DNA of 64,000 nt, from IMG/VR virus record IMGVR_UViG_3300032323_001868, positions 25,762 through 89,761 of that record. One strand, given 5' to 3'. Position numbers and translations under genes: made by a program. The notes under the pieces are model-generated. The model ran no database searches. It had not been told where the DNA came from and worked only from the letters and a program-made list of their open reading frames with translations. The stretch is from a virus. This document shows, in pieces, positions 16,614 to 26,289 of the stretch; positions within the stretch are counted from its first letter, which is position 1; every line of letters begins with the position of its first letter.

Positions 16614-17341
16614 GCAACACAATAACCTTTACATCAAACAAACCTTGGATAACTTTAGACGATTCGTCTTTGCCAACTCCAATTATAAAAACTATTCCAG
16701 ATTGGTATAGAAAGGCAGACAGATTTGCTAAAAAGCAAGATGGAGAATATTGGGAAGATCCAAATGTTGGTGGCAAAATCCCAACATGGAAAGCATGTCC
16801 TGCAATATTTGATGTTATGGGTACAGGGTACACTCTTAGAACTCCTTGCGACATAGAGTTTGTTCAAAGAAGCCCTAACACTATGTCAGTTACAATTGCT
16901 GATGCTAAATATAAAGATTTTTGTGTTCCAAGACCAAAAATGCCACAGTTTGAACATCCAAGAGGATATTATGAAAATCATTTTGCTTGGTTTTCAGAGT
17001 GGGAAATAAAAACACCTACAGGATACAGCATACTGTACTCACAACCATTTAATAGGTATGAGTTACCATTTTTAACTACATCTGGAATTATTGATAACGA
17101 TAAGGTTCACTTGCCTGGATCAATGCCTTTCTTTTTAGCAAAAGGGTTTGAAGGTATTATTCCCGAAGGCACACCTTATGCACAATTAATACCATTTAAA
17201 AGAGAAGACTGGAAGTCAGAAGTTAATCTAGAAGATCCTTCCAAAATTTCTGAAAAAAATTATAAAAATTCTGCCAAGTACAGAGTTCCAGATGGCGGTA
17301 TATATAAGAATAAAGTGTGGGAACCAAGGAGATACGAATAA
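16610..17341 (+). CDS. DUF6065-related / dUTPase-fold-like hypothetical protein
   Basis: IPDWY, K.CP...D....GY, W.IKTP.GYS, P.N, SGIID.D, IPEGTPYAQLIPFKR; no HxD triad. Confidence 0.6.
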   Translation: MSNTITFTSNKPWITLDDSSLPTPIIKTIPDWYRKADRFAKKQDGEYWEDPNVGGKIPTWKACPAIFDVMGTGYTLRTPCDIEFVQRSPNTMSVTIADAKYKDFCVPRPKMPQFEHPRGYYENHFAWFSEWEIKTPTGYSILYSQPFNRYELPFLTTSGIIDNDKVHLPGSMPFFLAKGFEGIIPEGTPYAQLIPFKREDWKSEVNLEDPSKISEKNYKNSAKYRVPDGGIYKNKVWEPRRYE

Positions 17342-18057
17342 TGAATACCTATGATGAAAATAATAATGTTTGGTTTACAAAAGATAGATCAGAGACAGTA
17401 TCTAACAGAGTTGTTAGGTCACTTAATGGTGCTATTAATGTTGAAAATCCAGGTATAGGTTTAAATATATACACAAATGCTTTTTCTAAAGAAGATGCTG
17501 ATAGATATATTAATATTCTTGAGTCTAATCTAGGTCAAAATAAAAAATACAAGTGGTCAGATGCTACAGTCACAAACTCTCCTAATCCAATTAAAAGGGC
17601 AAGAGATTGCGTAGACTTTAAGTATAAGCAAGAAAATTTAGGGCCAAGAGACAACACAAACGCAGAACTAATAGATTTGCATCAAGAGATATATGAAAAA
17701 CTAAAGTTGTGTATAGATGACTATGCCAGATACTGGGGTATAGAGGTTGTTTATTATGAAGCCTTTAACTTTGTAAAATATGAAGGAGAGGGTACACACT
17801 TCAATATCCATGCAGATCATGGTCCAGCATACAACTGCACAGTATCTGCAGTTATCTATATTAATGATGACTATGAGGGAGGGGAACTAAAGTTTCCAAG
17901 ATTAGACAACTATGTTCATAAGCCAAGAGTTGGAGATATAGCAGTTTTCCCTTCAAACTATATTTATGAGCATGCATCTCTTCCTATGAAGTCTGGAACT
18001 AAATACTGTGTAGTGATTATGACTGATATAAACAAGTTAGGACATAAAGATTTCTAA
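17341..18057 (+). CDS. prolyl-4-hydroxylase-like 2OG-Fe(II) oxygenase 4 (paralogue of 3)
   Basis: Shares RDCVDFKYK and EAFNF.KYE with gene 3; HAD...YINDDYEGGEL.F...YEH...GTKY. Confidence 0.9.
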   Translation: MNTYDENNNVWFTKDRSETVSNRVVRSLNGAINVENPGIGLNIYTNAFSKEDADRYINILESNLGQNKKYKWSDATVTNSPNPIKRARDCVDFKYKQENLGPRDNTNAELIDLHQEIYEKLKLCIDDYARYWGIEVVYYEAFNFVKYEGEGTHFNIHADHGPAYNCTVSAVIYINDDYEGGELKFPRLDNYVHKPRVGDIAVFPSNYIYEHASLPMKSGTKYCVVIMTDINKLGHKDF

Positions 18058-18800
18058 TGATTAACTTATCCGCTGAAAAAATGATAGGATGTCCGCTAGT
18101 AGTTTCTCCCATGTCTATTAAAAGAGATTGGATGGATGAAACTCCACAGGGACATGCGTATAGGTGTTTTCCAGTCGGACAGGCCAACATGGTTGGTTGG
18201 AGCCTTTCTTGTGTAGACGACATTACCTTTGTTTGGAACGGTATAACAGATACTACTTCAGATACAGTGTCTATAGTAGATCAAAAGCCATATCTTTATA
18301 CTGGTCGTGGTCAATCAACATTAAGTTTTAATACAGGGTTAGTTTTTAAATCTGACGAAAATATTAGTTTATTAACAATCAACCCAGTAAATTCTTTTAG
18401 TTTGGATTTTGAAACTATGTCTTCTTTGATAAGTACATCATTTTATGACAACCCGCTACCATTAGCCATTAAAGCCAGGGCTGCTAACAAAGAGGTAACA
18501 ATAAAAGCAGGAACACCTATAGCAACAATAATTCCTATATCATTAACAATGATAAATAACACTACAATCAATATTGTTGATTATTTAGATATAGATAATA
18601 AGAGAGCCTTATCAAATCAAGCATACGGTGAGGCAGCACAAGTTATCAACCAGTCAGGAAAGTGGACAGACTGGTATAGAGATGCTGTTAATGAAAAGGG
18701 TGAGTCAGTCGGACACCATGAGGCAAAAACAATAAAACTGTCTGTGGTCGATAATACAACTAGTAAAACCAATAATCCTCTAGAGAAAAAAGAGATATAA
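18057..18800 (+). CDS. DUF6065-family protein
   Basis: RDWMD.T...HAYRCFP...AN..GW, GTPIA.IIP and C-terminal WY motifs. Confidence 0.75.
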   Translation: MINLSAEKMIGCPLVVSPMSIKRDWMDETPQGHAYRCFPVGQANMVGWSLSCVDDITFVWNGITDTTSDTVSIVDQKPYLYTGRGQSTLSFNTGLVFKSDENISLLTINPVNSFSLDFETMSSLISTSFYDNPLPLAIKARAANKEVTIKAGTPIATIIPISLTMINNTTINIVDYLDIDNKRALSNQAYGEAAQVINQSGKWTDWYRDAVNEKGESVGHHEAKTIKLSVVDNTTSKTNNPLEKKEI

Positions 18801-18807
18801 TGTAATT

Positions 18808-19536
18808 ATGAACACTAACGAAAACATGCAGGTTGTAAAGAGGACTGCTTCCCTTACACCTTCTGGATTTTTTGGCAATGGGCCAGAAATGATAGTTGAG
18901 TTAGAAAACTTTATGACTCAAGAAGAGATGGATTTTTTAGAAAAGGCTGCAAAGTCTATAACTATTTGGGATGTTACCCAGAGCCATGTAAATGAGAATG
19001 GAACCGTAATATATGATTCAGATTATTGGAAAGATAGGGTTGCAACTAGCCCAACATTAGATAAAAATGATCCAGCAATTGCTCCAATTATTGCAGGGCT
19101 ATTTCAAAGACTAAAGCCAATCGTAGAAGAGTTTTATAAGGTAAAGGTTAACCCAACAGGAACAACCATTGTTAGATGGTTACCTGGACAGTTTCAAAAA
19201 CCACATGCAGACAAAGAACTACACGAAGGTGTAGACGCTGGACTTCCAAACGATTTTCCATACTACGATCTGTCAAGTTTGTTTTATTTAAATGAAGACT
19301 ATGAGGGGGGAGAGTTATACTTTCCGCTACAAGGGGTTCAGTTTAAACCAAAAAGAGGCGCTGCATATTTTTTCCCAGGGGATATGAACTATATTCATGG
19401 CGTTACTGAAATAAAAAGTGGAATAAGATATACCTGTCCATTTTTTTGGGAAATTCTAGAACATACTGGAGACAAGCAGCCAGACCCAAATGCTAAGTAT
19501 CATAGAACACTAATAGATGGAGACATAGAAAAATGA
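18808..19536 (+). CDS. prolyl-4-hydroxylase-like 2OG-Fe(II) oxygenase 5
   Basis: HAD...YLNEDYEGGELYFP...HGV...G.RY. Confidence 0.9.
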   Translation: MNTNENMQVVKRTASLTPSGFFGNGPEMIVELENFMTQEEMDFLEKAAKSITIWDVTQSHVNENGTVIYDSDYWKDRVATSPTLDKNDPAIAPIIAGLFQRLKPIVEEFYKVKVNPTGTTIVRWLPGQFQKPHADKELHEGVDAGLPNDFPYYDLSSLFYLNEDYEGGELYFPLQGVQFKPKRGAAYFFPGDMNYIHGVTEIKSGIRYTCPFFWEILEHTGDKQPDPNAKYHRTLIDGDIEK

Positions 19537-20285
19537 ACTTAAATAATAAAATTAGATTAACAGAAGATATTCTTTTGTTTGAAAACTTTTTAACAGAAGA
19601 TGAATCTAAAAAGGCAATTGAGGTTTTAGACCTACAGGCTACAAACAACACCCTAACCTGGATGCCAATCTCTTTTTATGAGTCATACTCTTCTGTTATC
19701 CCGCAAGACAATGATCCCGAATTAGCAGAAATTGGCTTGCCATTTGACTTTTTTTCAAATGTAAAAAAGGGCATTATCAAAGCAGTTTCATATGTCCATG
19801 ATATTGATGAGTCTAAACTGGTACAAATCGGATATCATACTCAAAAGTGGGAGCCAGGAGCATATGCAACACTACACTCAGACAACACAGACACAGAGGG
19901 AAATTCTGGACCATTTGCAAGAAGCAAGTATGCTGCCTTCTTATACTTAAATGATGATATTGAGGGTGGAGTTTTACAGTTTCCAAGTCACAACATAGTT
20001 ATTCCACCAAAAACAGGTTTGTTGGCAGCGTTTGCAGGTGGATTTGATAATATGCATGAAGTAACAATGATAACTAAGGGTGTTAGATATACACTAGGCT
20101 CATTTTGGGATGACAAGCAAGAAGAAGAGTACCCAGAAGAAGTAAGAGCGCAGTGGAAAGAAGAAATGCAAAAGATTAGAGATGCCCAAAAAATAGAAAA
20201 AGAAGAGTGGCAAAAGATACTACAAGATGGGTATAAGATAGATCAAAATGGAAATAAATATCCTGTCAAGGATTTAGAAAAATGA
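19533..20285 (+). CDS. prolyl-4-hydroxylase-like 2OG-Fe(II) oxygenase 6
   Basis: HSD...YLNDDIEGG.L.FP...HEV...G.RY. Confidence 0.9.
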   Translation: MNLNNKIRLTEDILLFENFLTEDESKKAIEVLDLQATNNTLTWMPISFYESYSSVIPQDNDPELAEIGLPFDFFSNVKKGIIKAVSYVHDIDESKLVQIGYHTQKWEPGAYATLHSDNTDTEGNSGPFARSKYAAFLYLNDDIEGGVLQFPSHNIVIPPKTGLLAAFAGGFDNMHEVTMITKGVRYTLGSFWDDKQEEEYPEEVRAQWKEEMQKIRDAQKIEKEEWQKILQDGYKIDQNGNKYPVKDLEK

Positions 20286-20941
20286 TTCAATCTTTAAAAC
20301 AAAAAATACAGGATGATGGTTTTGTTGTTAAAGAACCAATCAGCGATGTGTTGGTTGTAGAAGATTTTCTTTCTATAGATGAATTGCAACAGTTTAAAAA
20401 TATTATTAACAATTTAACTGAGGCTGACTGGAACATTGAATATACCAAAAACCTAACAAGATTTTGTTTAGAAAAGTTTGGAAGAGACGATGTTGAAAAT
20501 TTGGTTGCAGAGGGTAAATTTGAAATTACCAGGGGCTGGGAAGATAAAAACTATAGCATTGCAAATGACCCAATTGTAGAAAACGTTATTACTAAACTAA
20601 GTCGTTTAGTTAATTCTGTAGATCCATCGTTAGAGCCTAGCGGATTAAAAACACTGCAAAGAATGCAAGAAGGTGTTGAACTAAAGGCTCATACAGATCA
20701 GCATACAGATCCTTCAATTAGGTATGCTACGATAATTTATTTAAATGACAACTATAATGGTGGGGAGTTGTTTTTTAGTGATAAAGATTTGGAGTTAAAG
20801 CCAAAGCCAGGTTCTTTAGTCGTGTTTCCAGGAACAGACGATTTCAACCATGGTGTAAGGCATGTAGAGGAAGGCCCAATCAGATATGTGCTGGTGGGAT
20901 TTATAAAAGTTAAAGATTTTTATGAAAATAACAAATACTAG
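20282..20941 (+). CDS. prolyl-4-hydroxylase-like 2OG-Fe(II) oxygenase 7
   Basis: HTD...YLNDNYNGGELFF...HGV...RY. Confidence 0.9.
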   Translation: MIQSLKQKIQDDGFVVKEPISDVLVVEDFLSIDELQQFKNIINNLTEADWNIEYTKNLTRFCLEKFGRDDVENLVAEGKFEITRGWEDKNYSIANDPIVENVITKLSRLVNSVDPSLEPSGLKTLQRMQEGVELKAHTDQHTDPSIRYATIIYLNDNYNGGELFFSDKDLELKPKPGSLVVFPGTDDFNHGVRHVEEGPIRYVLVGFIKVKDFYENNKY

Positions 20942-20944
20942 GAA

Positions 20945-21586
20945 ATGGAGATAGAAATGGACAAGCAGATACTAGAAGAAAAGGTTTATTACTATACAAA
21001 AGTAATTGATGATCCAAAAAAACTTGTTGATGCCATTGAGAGTGACAATGCAAGCGAATGGGGAGAGTGGGCTGCTTGCAGCGGACAACACTACGTCTAC
21101 GGTACAGATAAGAGCATTTCTTTGTCTGATGAAAAAGATGAATCAAATAACTATATCTACTCTACATTACAAAAGGCTTTTGACGATGTAGCAAGAGACT
21201 ATGCAAAATCTCAAGGAATTACAGATGAACCAAAACTGTTTCCTATGTATCCGATTAAAAAGTATCAGGCTGGAACCTTTATGGGTGCACATTTTGACCA
21301 ACAAGAGGGAGACGAAAGACTAAAGGTTTCTTTTGTTATGTATCTAAATGATGATTATGAAGGTGGAGAAATTTCATTTACTATTGCCTCACCAGAAGGC
21401 GTACTAAAGACACAGACTCCTCATGCAGATTTTGAAATTGCCAAAGATGAAGGAAATTATACGTTTTATGTGAAGCCAGAAGCAGGAAGCATTATCGTGT
21501 TTCCTCCATCTCCACCATACCACCATACCGCTCATCTGGTAAAAAGTGGATATAAGTACATGGTTCCACAACACTGGATTCATTAA
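20945..21586 (+). CDS. prolyl-4-hydroxylase-like 2OG-Fe(II) oxygenase 8
   Basis: HFD...YLNDDYEGGEI.F...HTAH.V.SG.KY. Confidence 0.9.
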   Translation: MEIEMDKQILEEKVYYYTKVIDDPKKLVDAIESDNASEWGEWAACSGQHYVYGTDKSISLSDEKDESNNYIYSTLQKAFDDVARDYAKSQGITDEPKLFPMYPIKKYQAGTFMGAHFDQQEGDERLKVSFVMYLNDDYEGGEISFTIASPEGVLKTQTPHADFEIAKDEGNYTFYVKPEAGSIIVFPPSPPYHHTAHLVKSGYKYMVPQHWIH

Positions 21587-21588
21587 TT

Positions 21589-22257
21589 TTGAAAACTGCA
21601 ATAGTCACAGGGGCAAGTAAGGGTGTTGGCTATGAAACAGTCAAACTTTTGTCTAAAAATGGATATAAAGTAATTGCTGTTTCAAGAAACCTTTCTAAAG
21701 TTTCTGAGTTAGAGTCTGAAAATGTTGAAACATACAAACTAGATATAACAAATTCGGACGAAATAAAAAATTTTTATGAAAAGTATAAAAATATAACATT
21801 AGACCTTCTAGTAAACAATGCAGGTGGTGGATCTAGCCCAACAGACATTATGCACGAAACAATGGCAAACTTTAGAATCGCCTATGACATAAATGTTTCT
21901 GGCCCTATGTATCTTTCACAACTGTTTGTGCCATGTATGAAAAAGTCAAACTCCCCAACTATTATTTTTGTAACATCAATAGGTGGTAATGTTCCATATC
22001 CTGGGGGTGGTAACTATACAAATGCTAAACGAGGCGAGATAGGTCTTATTGAGACAATGAGGTTAGAGTTTCCATCACACAACATTAAGGTAACAGAGAT
22101 ATGCCCAGGGACTATAGATACTCAACAAGAAAAGAAAGATCAAGCGCTTACTGCTGAAGACCTTGCCGAATCTATTTTGTGGGTTTCTTCATTGCCAAGC
22201 CATTTTAATGTCAATAGTCTGAATATTAGTCATATCAATAATGCAGTTTTTAGATAA
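21589..22257 (+). CDS. short-chain dehydrogenase/reductase
   Basis: TGASKGVG, NNAG, catalytic S...YTNAK, PG.IDT. Confidence 0.92.
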   Translation: MKTAIVTGASKGVGYETVKLLSKNGYKVIAVSRNLSKVSELESENVETYKLDITNSDEIKNFYEKYKNITLDLLVNNAGGGSSPTDIMHETMANFRIAYDINVSGPMYLSQLFVPCMKKSNSPTIIFVTSIGGNVPYPGGGNYTNAKRGEIGLIETMRLEFPSHNIKVTEICPGTIDTQQEKKDQALTAEDLAESILWVSSLPSHFNVNSLNISHINNAVFR

Positions 22258-22302
22258 AAAAATACCCTCCTAGCATTGTGCTAAGAGGGTTATTTTTATT
22301 TT
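22258..22302. terminator. bidirectional intrinsic terminator
   Basis: ACCCTC-CTAGCA/TGCTA-AGAGGGT stem flanked by A and T runs between convergent genes. Confidence 0.8.
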
Positions 22303-22304
22303 AG

Positions 22305-22856
22305 TTAGTGAGGAAATTTTGACATCCAAGACTTAGTTCTTGGAGTCAACCCCTTCCAAGCGGACCAATCTTCTCCACCATTTGTCATATAATACGCAAT
22401 CTCTGCATTTTTAACAGGGTTAAAAAGTTCTGCGTTTGATTCAAGATCAAACTTAGTTCTGCGATCAGGACCAAGTTGGTCTATCATATTTATTTGAAAT
22501 ACCCCATAAGAAGAATCGCCTGTTCTATGGTTGCCGTTGTATGCCAAAGGTCGTCCATTAGACTCCTTCTTTGCAACAGCCCAAGCAACCACTAAGTCCC
22601 TACCCTCAAATCCAACCAAAGATAGCAAAGTCTTTAGTTCTGTATCTGTTAGATTTGTCTTATTTTCAAAACGCTCTAATATTTTTACCTTAGAAACCAA
22701 AAAAGCCGACTTGTGGTCGGCAGGCTTAACTTCTGAAGATTTACTTATTAAATTGTTGTCAGTTGAAAAGTCATCAGCCTTAGCAACATTGCTTACGGGT
22801 GCTAACAGTCCAACCAACGATAGGATTCCAATCCAAGCCATCTTGTCTCTTCTCAT
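22305..22856 (-). CDS. exported lytic transglycosylase / lysozyme-like muralytic enzyme
   Basis: N-terminal signal peptide (..VAKA), catalytic AKKESNG, YGVFQIN, LFNP..NA..A, WSAW. Confidence 0.85.
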   Translation of the reverse strand: MRRDKMAWIGILSLVGLLAPVSNVAKADDFSTDNNLISKSSEVKPADHKSAFLVSKVKILERFENKTNLTDTELKTLLSLVGFEGRDLVVAWAVAKKESNGRPLAYNGNHRTGDSSYGVFQINMIDQLGPDRRTKFDLESNAELFNPVKNAEIAYYMTNGGEDWSAWKGLTPRTKSWMSKFPH

Positions 22857-23000
22857 AAAATATACCTCCTAGAGAACAATTGCTACCGTTTGGTAGCATA
22901 ATCCAAGTATAACATGTTTTTGCCCTACAAGTCAACTTTTGTATAACATTTTTATAACTTATTTATTTTATTATATTCAAGTGGTATAATTGTAAATACT

Positions 23001-23405
23001 ATGGCTACTTATAGAGGACAAGAATCAAAAAGCGCTTACGATGTTGGTTTAAGACCACCGATGGTAAGTTGGACGATAGTTAAAGGCGATACGGCAGCAT
23101 TCAGAGTTTATACAACAGACGACAATAAAGATCCGTTGATTATTGAGGACTGGAACATCCGTTGTGAGTTCCGCCGTCCAGACATTAGAAACAACATAGA
23201 CCAAGATTCGGCTGGTACTATTTTTACTATTACCCCAGGTCCAACTCCAAATGACCAAATTGGAGAATTCACAGTTTCCCTAACTTCTGCCCAGACAATT
23301 CAACTTCGTACTGGCGATGTATTTGATGTTGAGTTAAGTGATGCCGATAGAGTCTGGACAGTTTGCCAGGGTAAAATGATAGTCATTGAGGATGTAACTG
23401 ACTAA
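23001..23405 (+). CDS. virion adaptor-like beta protein
   Basis: WTIVKGDTAAF...FDVEL...WTVCQG...V..DVT; paralogue of 12939..13334. Confidence 0.65.
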   Translation: MATYRGQESKSAYDVGLRPPMVSWTIVKGDTAAFRVYTTDDNKDPLIIEDWNIRCEFRRPDIRNNIDQDSAGTIFTITPGPTPNDQIGEFTVSLTSAQTIQLRTGDVFDVELSDADRVWTVCQGKMIVIEDVTD

Positions 23406-23629
23406 TGGCAACTGCTGTAATTATTGACGATTACAGTAAGAGGGTAGCAATTCCTAGTGCCGTTAATTATCCAATAACACAAATAGAGTACTCTGCACCA
23501 CTAACTACAGTTGAGTCTATACTTCCATTTAGAGTTCGATTTAGTACAATAATTATTGAAGGGTACTCTTCTTCAAACCCACCAGGAATTGGTATTCAGA
23601 TTATTGGTTTTTCTAACTGGATTATTTAA
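23405..23629 (+). CDS. small virion protein
   Basis: TAATG coupling; C-terminal PPGIGIQIIG motif. Confidence 0.65.
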   Translation: MATAVIIDDYSKRVAIPSAVNYPITQIEYSAPLTTVESILPFRVRFSTIIIEGYSSSNPPGIGIQIIGFSNWII

Positions 23630-23675
23630 TAATCTGATATAATCTATTCATAACCCCAGCGAAGGAGAAAACATT

Positions 23676-25208
23676 ATGGGCGTAAGTATATCTGGTAAAG
23701 GGGTCCTTTCTGGACTTGCATCTCTTGTAGCAGGGGTAGTTAATAATTTTAATCTTTTAATAACACGAATCATTGGTTACACAAACACTGGTGGTGGTGG
23801 AAGTTCCTATTACACAACTATGGTTGGATCAACAGGTCCTGGATATGTTGCTGGAGGATATGGTAGTGTTCTTGCACACTCATTAGACGGTATAGACTGG
23901 TCTCCATCTACTTTGTTAGGAGCAGAGGGTTCTTGGCTTTTTCCAAATAGTTTTAACTATGCTAATGGAAAATTTGTATCGGCACTTGGGGATGGATCTG
24001 CATACTCAACAGATGGAGTAACTTGGCAATATGATCCAAACGGACCAGGACTGCGTATAGTTTATGGAAGATCTTCTAGTAACCAATATCATTTTGTTGG
24101 TATTGAACAGGAAGCAATAAAAACATCAGTAGACGGAATTACATGGTCTAATGCATCTGTATCAGGAAATCCAACTATAGAATTGCTTAATTTTCTTACC
24201 CTATTGCCTAGAGAGTGGACAACAACTGATTTATACTTTATTTCAGATTCGTATAGAAATGATCTCTATAGGTCAACAGATGGTCTATCATGGACTAAAA
24301 GTGTAAATGCTAATGGTTTGCGTGATTTTGCTATCTGCAGTCAAGGGTCTTTTCAGGGAAGAATAGTTGCATCAAATGGAGGCTATAAAACTTTTTACTC
24401 AGTAGATAATGGCGACACCTGGACTGAATCACAAACTGAACTTATTGGTGTAGGTGGTGGAATACAAGAAGTTATTTATTCACCATACAATGGAATGTTT
24501 TTTGCAACAACTCAGTCTCATGTATACTACTCTGCAGATGGTTCATCTTGGACTTCGTTTTACTCAACTCCTGAAAACTCATATCTTAGATATATTGCTG
24601 ATGGAGGAGAAAAGGGAATCGTATTTAGTCGTCAGTTCAATTCAGATGTATTCTTTATCCACACCAAAAACTTTACTAATGACTTTCAAGAATATGAAAG
24701 AGTTTTAAGTGCTTATTTTAGTGGTCAAAAAGTAATGTTCCTAAATAATAATTTTATTCATGTTACAACAGATATTTCTGCCATTTCTTCAGATGGAATA
24801 AATTGGACAGAATCCTCATCCATTTCTGGATCATATGTCCTTGCTGGAGAAGGAATTTTAAATACCCTTGTAGAAACTCAAGTTTCAATTGGTAACCAAG
24901 GCGAAGAAGGTGCAGAAATTCTTGCTCCAGTAGATGTATATACTGTACCAGCAAATAAAACTGCTAATATAGACGAAGTTAGAGTTAAAAATACTTCAGC
25001 AAATACAATTACATATGACCTTGGTGTTTTAAATACTGGAGTTGAACTAACCGATATAAATGCATTAATTAACGACCAGTCAATTTCTGCGGGAGCAACA
25101 GCAACAATAACAAACATATCTAGTCCACTCACCGCTGGACAAAGAATTGTTGTATTACCTTCAGCAGTTGATGTTGTTGAAGTTAAAGTTTACGGCACAG
25201 AGTCATAA
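23676..25208 (+). CDS. Asp-box (BNR) beta-propeller protein, probable receptor or glycan binding
   Basis: Seven S-x-D-G-x-x-W-type boxes; C-terminal VYTVPA...VRVKN beta-sandwich. Confidence 0.8.
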   Translation: MGVSISGKGVLSGLASLVAGVVNNFNLLITRIIGYTNTGGGGSSYYTTMVGSTGPGYVAGGYGSVLAHSLDGIDWSPSTLLGAEGSWLFPNSFNYANGKFVSALGDGSAYSTDGVTWQYDPNGPGLRIVYGRSSSNQYHFVGIEQEAIKTSVDGITWSNASVSGNPTIELLNFLTLLPREWTTTDLYFISDSYRNDLYRSTDGLSWTKSVNANGLRDFAICSQGSFQGRIVASNGGYKTFYSVDNGDTWTESQTELIGVGGGIQEVIYSPYNGMFFATTQSHVYYSADGSSWTSFYSTPENSYLRYIADGGEKGIVFSRQFNSDVFFIHTKNFTNDFQEYERVLSAYFSGQKVMFLNNNFIHVTTDISAISSDGINWTESSSISGSYVLAGEGILNTLVETQVSIGNQGEEGAEILAPVDVYTVPANKTANIDEVRVKNTSANTITYDLGVLNTGVELTDINALINDQSISAGATATITNISSPLTAGQRIVVLPSAVDVVEVKVYGTES

Positions 25209-25233
25209 CAACTATATTGAGTGGGTGGTATAA

Positions 25234-26289
25234 ATGTTTAGAATGTCTTTATATGCACATCCACATGTAAGAAGATCAGAGTCTTACTTTGGTTATGCAT
25301 ATGCATATAATGAAATTAACAAACACCTAAGAAGATATCAGCATAACGGAGAAACCATTAATGTTGACATTAATTCTCCAAAGTCAAAAACACAATTATA
25401 TTTTGGGTCTCCTGATGGATTTTTTTATGACCACCAATATAAAATACAAATGACTCAATGGGAATCAACACTTGTTCCCCCACATTGGGTTGATCATGCA
25501 AAAAGATATGATGAATGGTGGACGGCCAATCAATTTGGAGCAGATGCTTTTATAAATGCTGGGGCACCTGCAGAAAAAATACATGTATTTGAACATGGAG
25601 TTGATTCATCTATTTGGACTCCAAAAAAACGAGGAACAAAAGATACAATAAGGTTTTTGCACATAGACTCAGGATCTCCAAGAAAGCGTGGAAGTTTGGC
25701 GGTAGAGGCTTTTAAAAAGGCATTTGGAGATAATCCTGATTATGAGATAACTCTTAAGTACAGTCATCATGGCGCTTCAGAACAAGATTGGTTCAACGAA
25801 AAAGTCTTGGCAAATTATGGAGAGTGGCAAGATATAAATGTTCGTCACATTAAAGAAAATTTAACTCTTGAGCATTTGATTAGTTTATTTCATTTTCACG
25901 ATGTATTAATTTATCCATCAGAAGGCGAAGGGTTTGGACTAATTCCACTACAGGCTCTTGCCACTGGAATGCCAGTAATATCAACATCTGATTGGTGCTC
26001 TTATGACAAATATTTTCAGGGGAATATAATTGAGTCCCACAGAGGAATATCAGATGTAGTAGAAACATATACAAGACACGGAGAGGTCATACTTCCACAC
26101 CTAGACTCTATGGTTGACCTAATGAAAAAAGCGGCAGAGAATATTGAAACACAATCAAATTTGTTTTATGGCCAAATATCAGAGGTAGTTAAAGACTATG
26201 ACTGGCAGTATAGAACAAATATGGCTATAGATTCTTTGATTGATAGAATCGGAATAGACATGTTTAAGAATTCTGGGTATTTTCAATGA
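25234..26289 (+). CDS. GT-B (GT4-like) glycosyltransferase
   Basis: HGVD, RK, YPSEGEGFGLIPLQALATGMPVI. Confidence 0.9.
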   Translation: MFRMSLYAHPHVRRSESYFGYAYAYNEINKHLRRYQHNGETINVDINSPKSKTQLYFGSPDGFFYDHQYKIQMTQWESTLVPPHWVDHAKRYDEWWTANQFGADAFINAGAPAEKIHVFEHGVDSSIWTPKKRGTKDTIRFLHIDSGSPRKRGSLAVEAFKKAFGDNPDYEITLKYSHHGASEQDWFNEKVLANYGEWQDINVRHIKENLTLEHLISLFHFHDVLIYPSEGEGFGLIPLQALATGMPVISTSDWCSYDKYFQGNIIESHRGISDVVETYTRHGEVILPHLDSMVDLMKKAAENIETQSNLFYGQISEVVKDYDWQYRTNMAIDSLIDRIGIDMFKNSGYFQ

